Of a stretch of DNA of 64,000 nucleotides, positions 39,973-50,126 are shown piece by piece; position 1 is the first letter of the stretch; each line of letters opens with the position of its first letter. This DNA is from an uncultured Nitrospiraceae bacterium (lineage in GTDB: Bacteria > Nitrospirota > Nitrospiria > Nitrospirales > Nitrospiraceae), in NCBI GenBank assembly GCA_963706325.1, contig CAVPLT010000001.1, forward strand, positions 192,001 through 256,000, given 5' to 3'. The position numbers and the translations under genes are program-made. Below the pieces are notes generated by a model. It searched no databases. It was not told the origin of the DNA and saw nothing but the letters and a program-made list of their open reading frames with translations.

Positions 39973-41060
39973 TAGTGCGATTGGCCCCACGGGCCTGACG
40001 AGGGAGGGATGGGACGAGCAGTTTTGGGATCCGAATGCTGGCCTTTCGCCTGAACCTGCGTCTTCCGGGGCTGAGCAGAGTTCAGAGAGCCGCTGGTATG
40101 ACGGTCGTACGCCTTAACGATTTCCTGGACGAGACGATGACGCACGACATCTCGCTCATCGAAATATACAAATTCAATTCCCGCGATGTCCTGAAGGATC
40201 TCGCGCACCTCGATGAGTCCCGACACACGATCAGACGGTAGGTCTATCTGAGTAATGTCCCCCGTTACGACAGCTTTCGAGTGGAAACCCAATCGCGTCA
40301 GAAACATTTTCATTTGCTCGGCAGTGGCATTTTGAGCTTCGTCCAAAATCACGAACGAATCATTGAGGGTGCGGCCTCGCATGAACGCCAGCGGCGCAAT
40401 CTCAATATCTCCTCGTTCGATTAGCCGATTGGCCCGTTCCATATCCATCATATCGAATAAGGCATCGTATAGCGGCCGGAGATAGGGGTTGACCTTGGCG
40501 TACATGTCTCCAGGCAGGTATCCCAGCTTTTCCCCAGCCTCGACAGCCGGACGAGCAAGAATAATCCGGCTGACATCCTTCTTCATCAGCGCGCTCACCG
40601 CCATGGCCATGGCTAAGTACGTCTTACCTGTTCCGGCCGGACCAATACCGAGTACAATGTCGTGTTTTTCGATGGCGTCTAGGTAGTACTTCTGAGTCGG
40701 AGTTTTCGGAACAATGAACCGCTTTTTGGTGACGATCGGGGAAGCACTGAAGAGCAGCTCCTTCAGAGAGGCCTCCTGATTGTGACGCAGTGCGGTCAGC
40801 GCATGGGTGACATCGTCCGGCCTAAGGTCATACCCTTCGTTCGTCAGGGAAGCGAGTTCATTGAGCACCCGTTCCGCCTGCCTTACGCTATCAGGCGTAC
40901 CTTCCACCGTCACTTCTTCTCCCCGCGCCGAAAACCGTACTCCGAACTCTTCCTCGATCAGCTTAAGGTGGCGATCGTGATGGCCGAAGAGGACTGCGGT
41001 GTTTGTGCCTTCCCGTAATTTGATCTTGCGCACGCCGGTGTCAAATTCTCCTTTCGTCAA
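39972..41060 (-). CDS. phoH: PhoH-family ATPase (YbeZ)
   Basis: GPAGTGKTYLA, RPAVEAGEKLGYLPG, MRGRTLN, DEAQN. Confidence 0.95.
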   Translation of the reverse strand: MTKGEFDTGVRKIKLREGTNTAVLFGHHDRHLKLIEEEFGVRFSARGEEVTVEGTPDSVRQAERVLNELASLTNEGYDLRPDDVTHALTALRHNQEASLKELLFSASPIVTKKRFIVPKTPTQKYYLDAIEKHDIVLGIGPAGTGKTYLAMAMAVSALMKKDVSRIILARPAVEAGEKLGYLPGDMYAKVNPYLRPLYDALFDMMDMERANRLIERGDIEIAPLAFMRGRTLNDSFVILDEAQNATAEQMKMFLTRLGFHSKAVVTGDITQIDLPSDRVSGLIEVREILQDIAGIEFVYFDERDVVRHRLVQEIVKAYDRHTSGSLNSAQPRKTQVQAKGQHSDPKTARPIPPSSGPWGQSH

Positions 41061-41150
41061 GACGATAGTGAGATTCTAACAAACCGGGAAAGCTCGGAAC
41101 AAGATCGTCGAGGAAAGATTGAAAATAAATCGGAAAGGGTGTTGAACAGG

Positions 41151-42176
41151 CTACCCTTGAGACAGCGGAGAGGCCGAGGATTGAGCGGTAGAGGGAATCG
41201 AGACTTCGAATTCCTGCCACGCCATACCTCCCTGGCCATCATCCGCCATGACCTTGACGCGATGGGTCCCAGCCAAGCCCGGATTCACCAGCCAGCTTAA
41301 TAGCCCCGTGACTCTGTCGATTGTCATTCCAGGTGGGGCCGTCTCTAACCTAAAGCTGACTGTATCTCCATCCACATCCTTAGCTTGAACCACATATTCA
41401 TACTGCACTCTGTTGGTGAGTGCCGGCGGGTTTGACACAATCTGTGGCGAGGAATTGCCCAACACGATCGGCGCTGAGCGAAGCGGGAGGCCTGACGTCT
41501 CCTGGTCCCGCGCGATTACTTCGACAGCTACAATATCCTTTCGATTAAACCCCATAGTGTCAAGACCGCTTTCCTCCCCTTCCTTCACCTGTTTGTCATT
41601 ACGCCACCAGCGATAGGTGAAATGAATCTCATCCCGATCTGGATCGAGAGCCTCGACTCTGGCGAAGACCCGGTTGCCTTTCTCAGCGGCGTCTGCCTCG
41701 ATCGTGACGTGAGAGACAAGAGGCGGAGTATTCACCACGACGACCGGCTCCGTGCGGTAGAGAGCACTCTCTGCTTGACCATCCGACGCGATGACCTCGA
41801 GCGCAATCTGGTCGCCTCGCTTGACATGATCCGGTCCCAGTTCGAAGCCAGTCGCTCCCAGAACCGGAGCGCCATTTATGATCCACTGAAATCGCTTGGT
41901 AGGTTCAGTCCCATCCGGATCATCGGCCGCGACATGTGCGGTTATCGGCCCTGCCAATGTCAACGGAGCAGGAACAATAGTGACAAGGCGAACTGTGGGT
42001 GGGCGATTATCCTTGGTGGCGCCCCCAGCTACCGACCCGTCCTGGGGGGAGGATGAACAACCCCCGCATGCAACAATCGTTAGGACCACTGTCACGAGAA
42101 GAGACACCTGAGGGAGGTTGAGAGAATTACATTCTCTCAACCTCCCACCTGCTGCTATCCACAAAGCTGTCCTCAT
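41151..42176 (-). CDS. Ig-like repeat (putative Ig domain) lipoprotein downstream of pilY1
   Basis: Hydrophobic segment with Cys, repeated NxPP...D.DGD...W beta-sandwich units, PPGMTID..TG; ATGA overlap with the pilY1 stop. Confidence 0.8.
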   Translation of the reverse strand: MRTALWIAAGGRLRECNSLNLPQVSLLVTVVLTIVACGGCSSSPQDGSVAGGATKDNRPPTVRLVTIVPAPLTLAGPITAHVAADDPDGTEPTKRFQWIINGAPVLGATGFELGPDHVKRGDQIALEVIASDGQAESALYRTEPVVVVNTPPLVSHVTIEADAAEKGNRVFARVEALDPDRDEIHFTYRWWRNDKQVKEGEESGLDTMGFNRKDIVAVEVIARDQETSGLPLRSAPIVLGNSSPQIVSNPPALTNRVQYEYVVQAKDVDGDTVSFRLETAPPGMTIDRVTGLLSWLVNPGLAGTHRVKVMADDGQGGMAWQEFEVSIPSTAQSSASPLSQG

Positions 42177-45100
42177 AGGTTCGTCCATGAAAAGTACCGA
42201 CTTCGGGGATCGATAGCGACATTGGCCCCGATGCCAGAGCTTGGGAGCCCTGTGCTGGATCCACAGGTAGCACAATCGCCAAAGTTTCCTTGGCTCATAT
42301 TGATCAAGAGACCAAACGGACTGCCTCCGTCACGGCCAGATCCCATGTGGACCACGATTCCAAATGCCAAACCCTCCCCGAGAGAACCGAATCTATTCAC
42401 GGCTTTGTTTGCGCCCGCTGAAGCAGTTCCGATAATCGGCTCTTGGTACGCGCTCCCAGTTTTATAGAACAGCGCCCAGAGTCGGCTAGTTCCGGAGGAG
42501 ACGCAAATGTCGTTAACCGGAATAAAGGTCGGGAAAAATACGACGCCGCCGAAGACCGTCGGACTGCTCACGGTTCGTTCCCCAATGCCATATGGGACAG
42601 GCTGCGATGGTGGGTTAGCCGGCTCGACCAGCTTGGTCACCCATCCGTCCTTGCTCTGCACCAGTCCGATAAGCCCTGTAAAGGTGGTGGTGCCAGTGAC
42701 TCCAGAAACCTGATTAGTTCCGGTTGCCAATCCACAATCCCCTACCCCCACCACACAGACGGTGGCATTCGAGACGTCGACAAGATCATTTTCCATGCAG
42801 TTGAGTGCACCAACTGTTTGGTTACATCCTGCATTCAGAACGGAGTCTTTCAACCCCACGAAGTACTGCGTGGAAATATCGGTCTTATCCGCCTTACTGT
42901 AGTAGCGACCGCTTCCCGCGAAAACCCACACATTTGCGGCATCGTCCACCGTGACAGAGGGAGCCGTTGCAACCGGTCCCATCTCCGCCCCAGATAGGAA
43001 GGTGTCCAGCATCTCGGTTGGAACACGAGCGCTTCCCGAGGAAATACCCCACTGAGCGGGATTCGTCACCGTGCCAAACTTCGCGGTGGCTCCTCCCGCC
43101 CCCATGGTCAAACGATAAATCTTGCCCCGCCAGGGCGGAGCGCCATCATTGATGACTCGCCCGAAATAGACAACGTCATGCCGATAGTCTAGATCCCTAT
43201 CGAACGCCGTCATGTCTCCGATATACGAGTTCCAAGACCCCGCTATATACGAGGTTACCAAACTATTGTCGCTCCCTGGCCCCGTTCCAAGGTCGATGAC
43301 AAAAATTTTCCCGCTTTGCGCCGCACTCGCATCGTATCCAGTGGGGCCAGACCCAACCACCATATGCCACTTGGCATTCGTATTGCTGGCCTTTGCATCG
43401 CCGGCTGGATTCACACGCACCACTGCCGGCACACTGGTCGTCAATCCCAAATCCGAACTGCTGAAAGACCAGAGGAGCCGCGGAGCATCGGGGTTGGTGA
43501 TATCCATCGCGAAGTAGGAACTGTAGAACGTATAGTTGGTCCCACCAATGGTGACCGTAAGGGGCGGCGCGCCGCTCCCCGCCGTGCAAGCTCCGCAGCT
43601 TCCCCCCATTCGGAATCCTCCGATGAGAAGAGTCCCCCATCCGTTCGGATGGTCGGCGTCTGGGGTAAAGATGCGCACATCTGCCACTTTGAGAGGTAAA
43701 TCGACGTAATAGGCATGCTGGTAGTCAGCGCGCGTCAAAAACTCAAGCTGCGGGAGGAGTTCGTAGGGCACAAAGCCCCATAACTCGTCGCCCAACGGAG
43801 CCCCTGTGGAATTGTCCGCTGGACCCGTCGTAAACCAGCCATGTTCGGTAGTATTAGAAGGAGCTGCAGCGCTCGTGTCATCGCCCGGGTGATAGTAACC
43901 CGCGTTGAAAGCGTGCAACATCCCATCGTTTCCTCCCACGTAGGCCACCTGCCGGCGGTTGTACCATCGCTGGAGGAAGGCTGAGTAACTCTGGTCCCCA
44001 TAGATCGCGTCGTGCCGATCTCTTGGGCCCGCAACGAGTGTGGGTGTCGAGTGAATGACATCTCCGAGCTTCCACACCTTCAAGGTCCCGCTCCCAGACG
44101 GTACCTGGAGCCGACGATCTCTTGTCGCGGATTGCTCTGCACAGCTTCCGACATCGCAGCCACGCACAAAGTTGATGATTTTGGTTCCCTCAGCGCTCGA
44201 GGCCGCTCGGAGGTATGGACGAAGGGTTGTCTCGTTGGCCGTCGTAAACGCCATCTGCTCGCCGGAATCCACCACTCCGTCATGGTCCGAGTCGACCCAC
44301 GTGAGGATAGTTCGAGTTGATGCATCCTTCAGGGCCAATTGCTTGCCCGCTTCCCAAATCGGAAGGATGTCGCTTAGCAATTTCCCGCAGGGATTACAGT
44401 CTGCTGCTGTCACGAGGTTGTCGCCATTCTGATCATTCGGTAAGCCATCGCCGTCACTGTCCACATACTTATCAACTTTGACCGAATTCGACACCGCATC
44501 AAACCGAGTCTTAATGATCCGATCAACCTTGTAGTCCAATCGACCATCTTGATTCGTATCCTCACGGGTATTGCCGAATGTATCGATGAATAAAGACTGC
44601 GTGTAGCCGGTCCATTTCACATCCGCGAGCGTCGATGGTTCAATAGTGCTGGGATAGAAATACGACTGGTACAACGCGCCTTCTCCCGTCGAAGCCGTAG
44701 CCAGAACAGACACGGAAGAACCGGAGGCGCTTCGCCTCAGAATGCTGGCGATCGTCGCGAGCAGCTTGTCCTGCAAATCATCCACATTCGAGGATTCAAA
44801 ATAGGCATCGGGAATACCATCCGCGGTCGAAGCACCCGTGAGGTTGTTTTCCTTATCCCATTCGTTTGTTTGGGGGATGCCGTCTCCGTTCGAATCTTCA
44901 AATCCACCCAAGCGCGCGGTCTGAGCAAGAATTCCACGTCCATTCATATTGCCAAATGCAAAGAATGAATACACGGTGATACTCTGCATGCCTGGAATAC
45001 AGTGGCCAGTCACCCCCAATACAGCAATCGTGCCGTCTGCCGTCCCGGTACAAGGCCGAAGATCATTGGTGTGGGCCCAATAGGCCACGTCATCCAAATA

Positions 45101-46576
45101 GTGGCTTCCGTTATCGGCATAGTCCGTTTTGTGTTCCGCGATTAAGTCGCTGAATGGTGTGGCATCATTCGTATTGCAGGTTCCGTTGATGGGACGAACT
45201 GGCGCAGCGCTGTCACTACCCGTGCAGTGAACACCATGTTGAGCGTGCGCGTAATCCTGCATCGCAGCGGGTATGTTCTGGTCTTCAGTTGGCTCACCAT
45301 CGGTAAAAATAATCACGAATGTTCGGCAACAGCTCACCACCTGAGACGTCGAGGCCCATGGTGGAGTATGATTTTTTCCAAAGAAATAAGGATCGCGACC
45401 GCAGGCATTGGTGATGTACCCAGATGGACAGGTCTCTCCACCCCCCAGTACTGTCACTTCACTGGTTCCGATCGAACCTGCACCATTCGTGGCAAAATTC
45501 ACGCCGCTTGATCGGGAATCAGAATAGCCAATGGGATAAATATAGCCGGTAGCGAAAGTGGATTTAATCTGGGCAACATACCGTGCCGTTTCGTACAAAG
45601 ACTCGCTGAGTGGAGTCCATGTTGATGGGTAGGATTCCTGCACCGCATCGACCATCGCGGCCGTGTTCGTAGTGAACGTCTCAACCCCGGAACCCGACCA
45701 ATCGATGGATTGGAGAGATCCGGCGCCCACCAACATACGTGCGCCCTCGCTGCTGGACTTAAACTCAACCAAACCGAACCGTGCTTTCGAGCCAATTTGT
45801 TGAATCACACCCGTTGGCTCGGAGACATATCCGATCTTAAGCTCATATTTTCTGAGACTGTAGGAATCACCACAGTTACTGCTGAAACTCGTGTCGTTAT
45901 CGACACAAAAGTATGCCGCAGAGACGCCGATTGAAATCGTCGCAGGATTTCCGGTCCTATCGGCCGATGGTATTCGTCCCACATACGTATTAAGACCGGT
46001 TCCACTCGAATAAGTGACGTCGGCACGTTCATCATTGACACCGCTCGATTGGGCACGCACGGTCTTCAACGCAGGCGTTCCACTGCCTGGGCAAGTTCCA
46101 TCTGCAGCCCTGGTCGAAAAACAGTCACCACCTGACATAGCGCGCTTGACTGCATCAAACCGGCGCAGTGTCGCCCAATTTATAAAATTGCCATCCCACT
46201 CGGTAGCAGGACACGCCGTTGCCACAGTCGCTTTGGCAGTACCATTTTCAAATCGGGTGTCAGTAGTATCGTAGACGTAGCATTGAAGCGGATCGAAGTA
46301 CCCGGAGTAGCGAGTTGTGTTGGTAAACGTGGTCGTCGTAGAGGTACCCCCGCTAGGCAACGTCCCGCAAGACGTTGACTCACAAGCCCGATTACTCATG
46401 CTGCCGGAGTTATCCATTAGAATAATGATATTGGGCGTGGTCGCGTTGGAGACGAACGGGGGCACGGCGGTATAGTCGGCATTGGACACGACGGCGCCAG
46501 CATCGCTGAACCCACTTAACGCGGCGCTCACGCTACTGGCCACGACCATCGCAACAATAAGGGTTGGACGATTCAT
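42173..46576 (-). CDS. pilY1: PilY1/PilC-family pilus tip adhesin
   Basis: Signal peptide, MDNSGSM MIDAS-like motif, TPLSESL, LGDVIHSTP, VGGNDGMLHAF, ELWGFVP, beta-propeller C-terminus. Confidence 0.9.
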   Translation of the reverse strand: MNRPTLIVAMVVASSVSAALSGFSDAGAVVSNADYTAVPPFVSNATTPNIIILMDNSGSMSNRACESTSCGTLPSGGTSTTTTFTNTTRYSGYFDPLQCYVYDTTDTRFENGTAKATVATACPATEWDGNFINWATLRRFDAVKRAMSGGDCFSTRAADGTCPGSGTPALKTVRAQSSGVNDERADVTYSSGTGLNTYVGRIPSADRTGNPATISIGVSAAYFCVDNDTSFSSNCGDSYSLRKYELKIGYVSEPTGVIQQIGSKARFGLVEFKSSSEGARMLVGAGSLQSIDWSGSGVETFTTNTAAMVDAVQESYPSTWTPLSESLYETARYVAQIKSTFATGYIYPIGYSDSRSSGVNFATNGAGSIGTSEVTVLGGGETCPSGYITNACGRDPYFFGKNHTPPWASTSQVVSCCRTFVIIFTDGEPTEDQNIPAAMQDYAHAQHGVHCTGSDSAAPVRPINGTCNTNDATPFSDLIAEHKTDYADNGSHYLDDVAYWAHTNDLRPCTGTADGTIAVLGVTGHCIPGMQSITVYSFFAFGNMNGRGILAQTARLGGFEDSNGDGIPQTNEWDKENNLTGASTADGIPDAYFESSNVDDLQDKLLATIASILRRSASGSSVSVLATASTGEGALYQSYFYPSTIEPSTLADVKWTGYTQSLFIDTFGNTREDTNQDGRLDYKVDRIIKTRFDAVSNSVKVDKYVDSDGDGLPNDQNGDNLVTAADCNPCGKLLSDILPIWEAGKQLALKDASTRTILTWVDSDHDGVVDSGEQMAFTTANETTLRPYLRAASSAEGTKIINFVRGCDVGSCAEQSATRDRRLQVPSGSGTLKVWKLGDVIHSTPTLVAGPRDRHDAIYGDQSYSAFLQRWYNRRQVAYVGGNDGMLHAFNAGYYHPGDDTSAAAPSNTTEHGWFTTGPADNSTGAPLGDELWGFVPYELLPQLEFLTRADYQHAYYVDLPLKVADVRIFTPDADHPNGWGTLLIGGFRMGGSCGACTAGSGAPPLTVTIGGTNYTFYSSYFAMDITNPDAPRLLWSFSSSDLGLTTSVPAVVRVNPAGDAKASNTNAKWHMVVGSGPTGYDASAAQSGKIFVIDLGTGPGSDNSLVTSYIAGSWNSYIGDMTAFDRDLDYRHDVVYFGRVINDGAPPWRGKIYRLTMGAGGATAKFGTVTNPAQWGISSGSARVPTEMLDTFLSGAEMGPVATAPSVTVDDAANVWVFAGSGRYYSKADKTDISTQYFVGLKDSVLNAGCNQTVGALNCMENDLVDVSNATVCVVGVGDCGLATGTNQVSGVTGTTTFTGLIGLVQSKDGWVTKLVEPANPPSQPVPYGIGERTVSSPTVFGGVVFFPTFIPVNDICVSSGTSRLWALFYKTGSAYQEPIIGTASAGANKAVNRFGSLGEGLAFGIVVHMGSGRDGGSPFGLLINMSQGNFGDCATCGSSTGLPSSGIGANVAIDPRSRYFSWTNL

Positions 46577-46653
46577 GCGTTCTTCCTCCTTATCCCAAGC
46601 AGGACAACAGCCGTAGAATTTCGGCTACGAGTTGAGACAAGACCTTCCGTGTT

Positions 46654-46980
46654 CTATTGCGGCAATTTGACCACCATCTTGTCGATGTGGCCTTCTTTGA
46701 GATGAAATTTGACGAGCGAGGTGGGAATGATCCGCCCAAGCTCTAAGGGCTCTCCCTCATGACTCACCACCAACACATCGGACTTCAGCACATAACTCCG
46801 TCCATCGATTCGGATCGTCGATCCTTGCACCTCATCGATCACGCCGGACTGAAAACCAGCGGTGGGAAACGGCATGGCAACATCCATTTGCGCAAAGACG
46901 ACGGATGGCACAAGAGGAGTCGCTTGTAACAATGCCAGCAGCCCGAGCGTCACCACGATGACTGTGCGATTCATCGTCAT
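46654..46980 (-). CDS. Small exported protein in the minor-pilin cassette (PilY2-like position)
   Basis: Signal peptide ending VFA; OB-fold-like pattern; lies between pilX and pilY1. Confidence 0.65.
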   Translation of the reverse strand: MTMNRTVIVVTLGLLALLQATPLVPSVVFAQMDVAMPFPTAGFQSGVIDEVQGSTIRIDGRSYVLKSDVLVVSHEGEPLELGRIIPTSLVKFHLKEGHIDKMVVKLPQ

Positions 46981-46988
46981 ACTCCCTC

Positions 46989-47621
46989 TTAATTGATTTT
47001 CTTCACACATGTGTCGCCATCCAGGCATCCATAGACTGAGGTCACGGTGCTATTTGAGCCAGTCGCCGGATTGCTTGCCATGCAAGTAATCCGGTACACA
47101 TGCTCCGTCCCGGCTACCCCCGTTCCCTGCCCGCTCTTGGAATGCGTATAGAGAAGATCGATGTCGCCGCTGACGGTAAAGCCGGGGAGATTTGTCATGA
47201 CGAAATTCGGAGCCGTGCTCGCAGTATCCGCAAAATTGACAGCCGGAGTGTTCGCCGCAGCCGGTGAAGGAAGATCATACCCATAGATTTCAGCGTAGAG
47301 CGTGGCGGCATTCGTCGTGGGAACCGGGCCTGCGGGAGCGATAAAGGGACCCGGTAGCACCCCTGGGGGCGACAACGTTTGCTGTATAATGTTTGCGGCG
47401 AGGCCTTCGCATGAATCCGCCGCCGCCACCACGGCTTCGGTGCTGCGGAAAAATCCCGCCATTCGATTCTCCATGCTGGTTACTGTAATCGAAGCTATTC
47501 CCAGAATAGTCAGAATCATCAGCATTAACATTACCGTCAGCAGGGCAATGCCCTGTTGATTTTTCATCCCTGCTATTTCACATCCCCGTTCCACGCCGAG
47601 GTGTTTAAGTCGTACGTTCAT
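46989..47621 (-). CDS. pilX: PilX-like minor pilin
   Basis: QQGIALLTVMLMLMILTILG class III signal without Glu5. Confidence 0.85.
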   Translation of the reverse strand: MNVRLKHLGVERGCEIAGMKNQQGIALLTVMLMLMILTILGIASITVTSMENRMAGFFRSTEAVVAAADSCEGLAANIIQQTLSPPGVLPGPFIAPAGPVPTTNAATLYAEIYGYDLPSPAAANTPAVNFADTASTAPNFVMTNLPGFTVSGDIDLLYTHSKSGQGTGVAGTEHVYRITCMASNPATGSNSTVTSVYGCLDGDTCVKKIN

Positions 47622-47636
47622 CGCGCCCGTCTCTCA

Positions 47637-48746
47637 TTACAAGTTTCGCGGCTGAATCGTGCGGACCACGACTCGCCGTCGTTGCTGCTGATAGACCGTC
47701 GGATCATAGGTAGCGTCCGTTGACGGGTTGTGATCTCCGACGATCACCGGTCCCGTCGTGTTAGCAGCCCGCGTCCCCTTCTCATCAAGCCCTTCATCCG
47801 ACTTCGTTGGCCTGACCACCAAGCTCACCTGAGCCATTCGGATTTTATCCGGCGTCCCAGGGGTGATTGCCCAGGCGCTGTTGGAAATAAAATCTCCTTG
47901 TGTGAACGTCGGAAACCCCGAGGCTGACGACCCGTCCTGATCATCCACGATTCCGTCCGGAAAGAGCGGATTGGGCGCAGCCTGATTGCACCCGTCACAC
48001 GCATACGTAATTTGCATATCTTCCACACCGTCCACGAGGGGCACGTTGTTTCTCACCAAGCAAGGTGTCGTGCTTCCACATGTGGCCGGAGTATTCGCGA
48101 CCACTTGATACCGTATACACTGCATCAGGTACACCGGCGTGCCGATAGGAAATTGTCCATCGATGAAGTTGCCGGTACCGAACCCAATGGAAGTTGCATT
48201 GACGGCCTGCACCGTTTTTGACAATGCTCCCCCGATGGAAATCGTCGAACCAACAGCGAGCCCCTGCACAACCATTTCAGTAATAGCAGCTCCCGAAAGG
48301 CTGATGGCATTGTCAAAGGTCCTGTTATTTGGTGTACCGCCCACCGCGACCGTCAAGGTCCACCCTGTGGTATTCATTACTGGCAGTACCATGGCCACTG
48401 CATCCGTTCCGGTATCTGGTCCCGCTGGTGTTTGATCTTGTGGGAGCAACCCGACCGGCTTAACAATGGCGCCGATGGTGGCCCTACAGGTGTCCACCGG
48501 CGCCGTGCCTGGATCCGTGGCATTGTAGTTAAAGCCGGCGAGTTTGATATCCCGACCTAGCAAGTCAATTGCCAATCGAACATTCTGCTGAGTATCTGCC
48601 ACCTGTGTATTCACGACATTGGCGCGATTTGATGTGACAACGGTGGTCATGGTGGCAGCCACGATCACCACCGTGATCAGAACAGCCGCCATCAGCTCCA
48701 CGAGCGTGAAACCCTGCTGGCTCTCTGCGAATCGGCGCATGTTCAT
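47637..48746 (-). CDS. pilW: PilW-like minor pilin
   Basis: QQGFTLVELM, QQNVRLAIDLLGRDIKLAG, LVDGVEDMQITY. Confidence 0.88.
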   Translation of the reverse strand: MNMRRFAESQQGFTLVELMAAVLITVVIVAATMTTVVTSNRANVVNTQVADTQQNVRLAIDLLGRDIKLAGFNYNATDPGTAPVDTCRATIGAIVKPVGLLPQDQTPAGPDTGTDAVAMVLPVMNTTGWTLTVAVGGTPNNRTFDNAISLSGAAITEMVVQGLAVGSTISIGGALSKTVQAVNATSIGFGTGNFIDGQFPIGTPVYLMQCIRYQVVANTPATCGSTTPCLVRNNVPLVDGVEDMQITYACDGCNQAAPNPLFPDGIVDDQDGSSASGFPTFTQGDFISNSAWAITPGTPDKIRMAQVSLVVRPTKSDEGLDEKGTRAANTTGPVIVGDHNPSTDATYDPTVYQQQRRRVVVRTIQPRNL

Positions 48747-48759
48747 ACTCCACCTGTGC

Positions 48760-49284
48760 CTATTCAGGCGCAACGATAGTCGTAAACACCGCGGTCTTGG
48801 TCCGAGCCGTGCTCACATCAGTGCGTATGGTTTGCCAACTCATACTAATGGTCACCAGAAACCGGTTCATCGTTACCGGATTCGCAGTAGGATCCGGATC
48901 GAGACGGGTCGCCGTGACGATCCCAGTTGCACCAGCGAGACCAGAGTTTGCCACCAAAGTTTGCCACTGGGTGCAATCACCCAGCGCCATGCGTTGTGTG
49001 CTCACGCTCTGCGCGCAGGCCACACCCGTATTGGTATTGTGGTAATCAAGGACCCGCTGCCGATTGCTTTGAATGCGCTCCGTCATGTCGGCAGCAAGGT
49101 TGGTGACGCGCGTCATGTCATTGGCATCGACATTCTTTCCGAGAGAGAGTCCTGATAAGCCTGCCAGCCCCAACAGCCCGATCGAGAGCACACCCGCCGC
49201 AACCATCGCTTCCAACAGGGTGAATCCCGTCTGCAAGGGTGTGATTGCTTCCGGCCAACGCTGTAACCGTGTGAATCGTTTCAT
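48760..49284 (-). CDS. pilV: PilV-like minor pilin
   Basis: GFTLLEAMVAAGVLSIGLLGLA, LAADMTERI. Confidence 0.88.
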   Translation of the reverse strand: MKRFTRLQRWPEAITPLQTGFTLLEAMVAAGVLSIGLLGLAGLSGLSLGKNVDANDMTRVTNLAADMTERIQSNRQRVLDYHNTNTGVACAQSVSTQRMALGDCTQWQTLVANSGLAGATGIVTATRLDPDPTANPVTMNRFLVTISMSWQTIRTDVSTARTKTAVFTTIVAPE

Positions 49285-49291
49285 GGCAGTT

Positions 49292-49768
49292 CTAAGGACA
49301 GGTCGTCTTCGCGCACCAATTGACCTTACCGGCTGGAGTGACGACCACGGAATAGGTCGTCCCCTGTTGGGACACCAAGGTCACAGTTTGAGTCGCCGCG
49401 ATGCCGCTCAGGCCTTGCTGCGTGAACTGAATGGTCGGCCCACCCGTAAATGCGATGATAGACTGAGGAAGAAGGATCGGGGCCAGCGCCCCTCCGAAAT
49501 CGACATTGACCTTACCCGATACCAAGGCCAGCGTGGCGGTAACCGCGAGATTCCGGTTCATCGCCGCCATCCGAGCCAAGTTGAGGCTCCCGGCGAGTTC
49601 TGTGGTGCCCTGCTTCAACTGATAGCGGGCGTTCCACTGAGAGTAATTTGGGATTGCCACCATCGCCAGAATGCCGACGATTGCTACACCGATCATCACC
49701 TCAATCAGAGTAAAGCCTCGCTGGCCGGGGATAGGAGAGCACCGTTGATAGCGGTGATAGATAGGCAT
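49292..49768 (-). CDS. FimT/FimU (GspH)-like minor pilin
   Basis: QRGFTLIEVM, LAGSLNLARMAA; start placed downstream of the sigma54 promoter. Confidence 0.85.
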   Translation of the reverse strand: MPIYHRYQRCSPIPGQRGFTLIEVMIGVAIVGILAMVAIPNYSQWNARYQLKQGTTELAGSLNLARMAAMNRNLAVTATLALVSGKVNVDFGGALAPILLPQSIIAFTGGPTIQFTQQGLSGIAATQTVTLVSQQGTTYSVVVTPAGKVNWCAKTTCP

Positions 49769-49783
49769 GGCAACAGTCAGATG

Positions 49784-49800
49784 AGCAAAGGCCGTGCCGA
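49784..49800 (-). promoter_or_regulatory. Sigma54 promoter for the minor pilin-pilY1 operon
   Basis: Minus strand TCGGCACGGCCTTTGCT, GG-N10-GC. Confidence 0.7.
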
Positions 49801-50126
49801 TGACTTTCACCTCCGCGCATTACACAAGGCATTGATATCATGACTTCATTCAGAGTGACCGGCGTACAAATAGGAGCGCTCAGGGACCACCTGAATGACA
49901 AATTTTGTCTGATTTCTGGCAAGTGCACTCAGGGCCAGGTGTTCATGGTAGGCAGCGAGCAGATGTTACGATGCTGGGACTGACGCGACGGCCATCATAT
50001 GGTGAGTTGGAATCAGCCAAGCTTCCAGCGCTCACCCCTGCGCAATCCAGCATACATGAACCGGCGTCAATGGAGAGATGGGCCTTACGGTGGGACGTAT
50101 CATATGTCAGCACCTCTCGGGAACAA

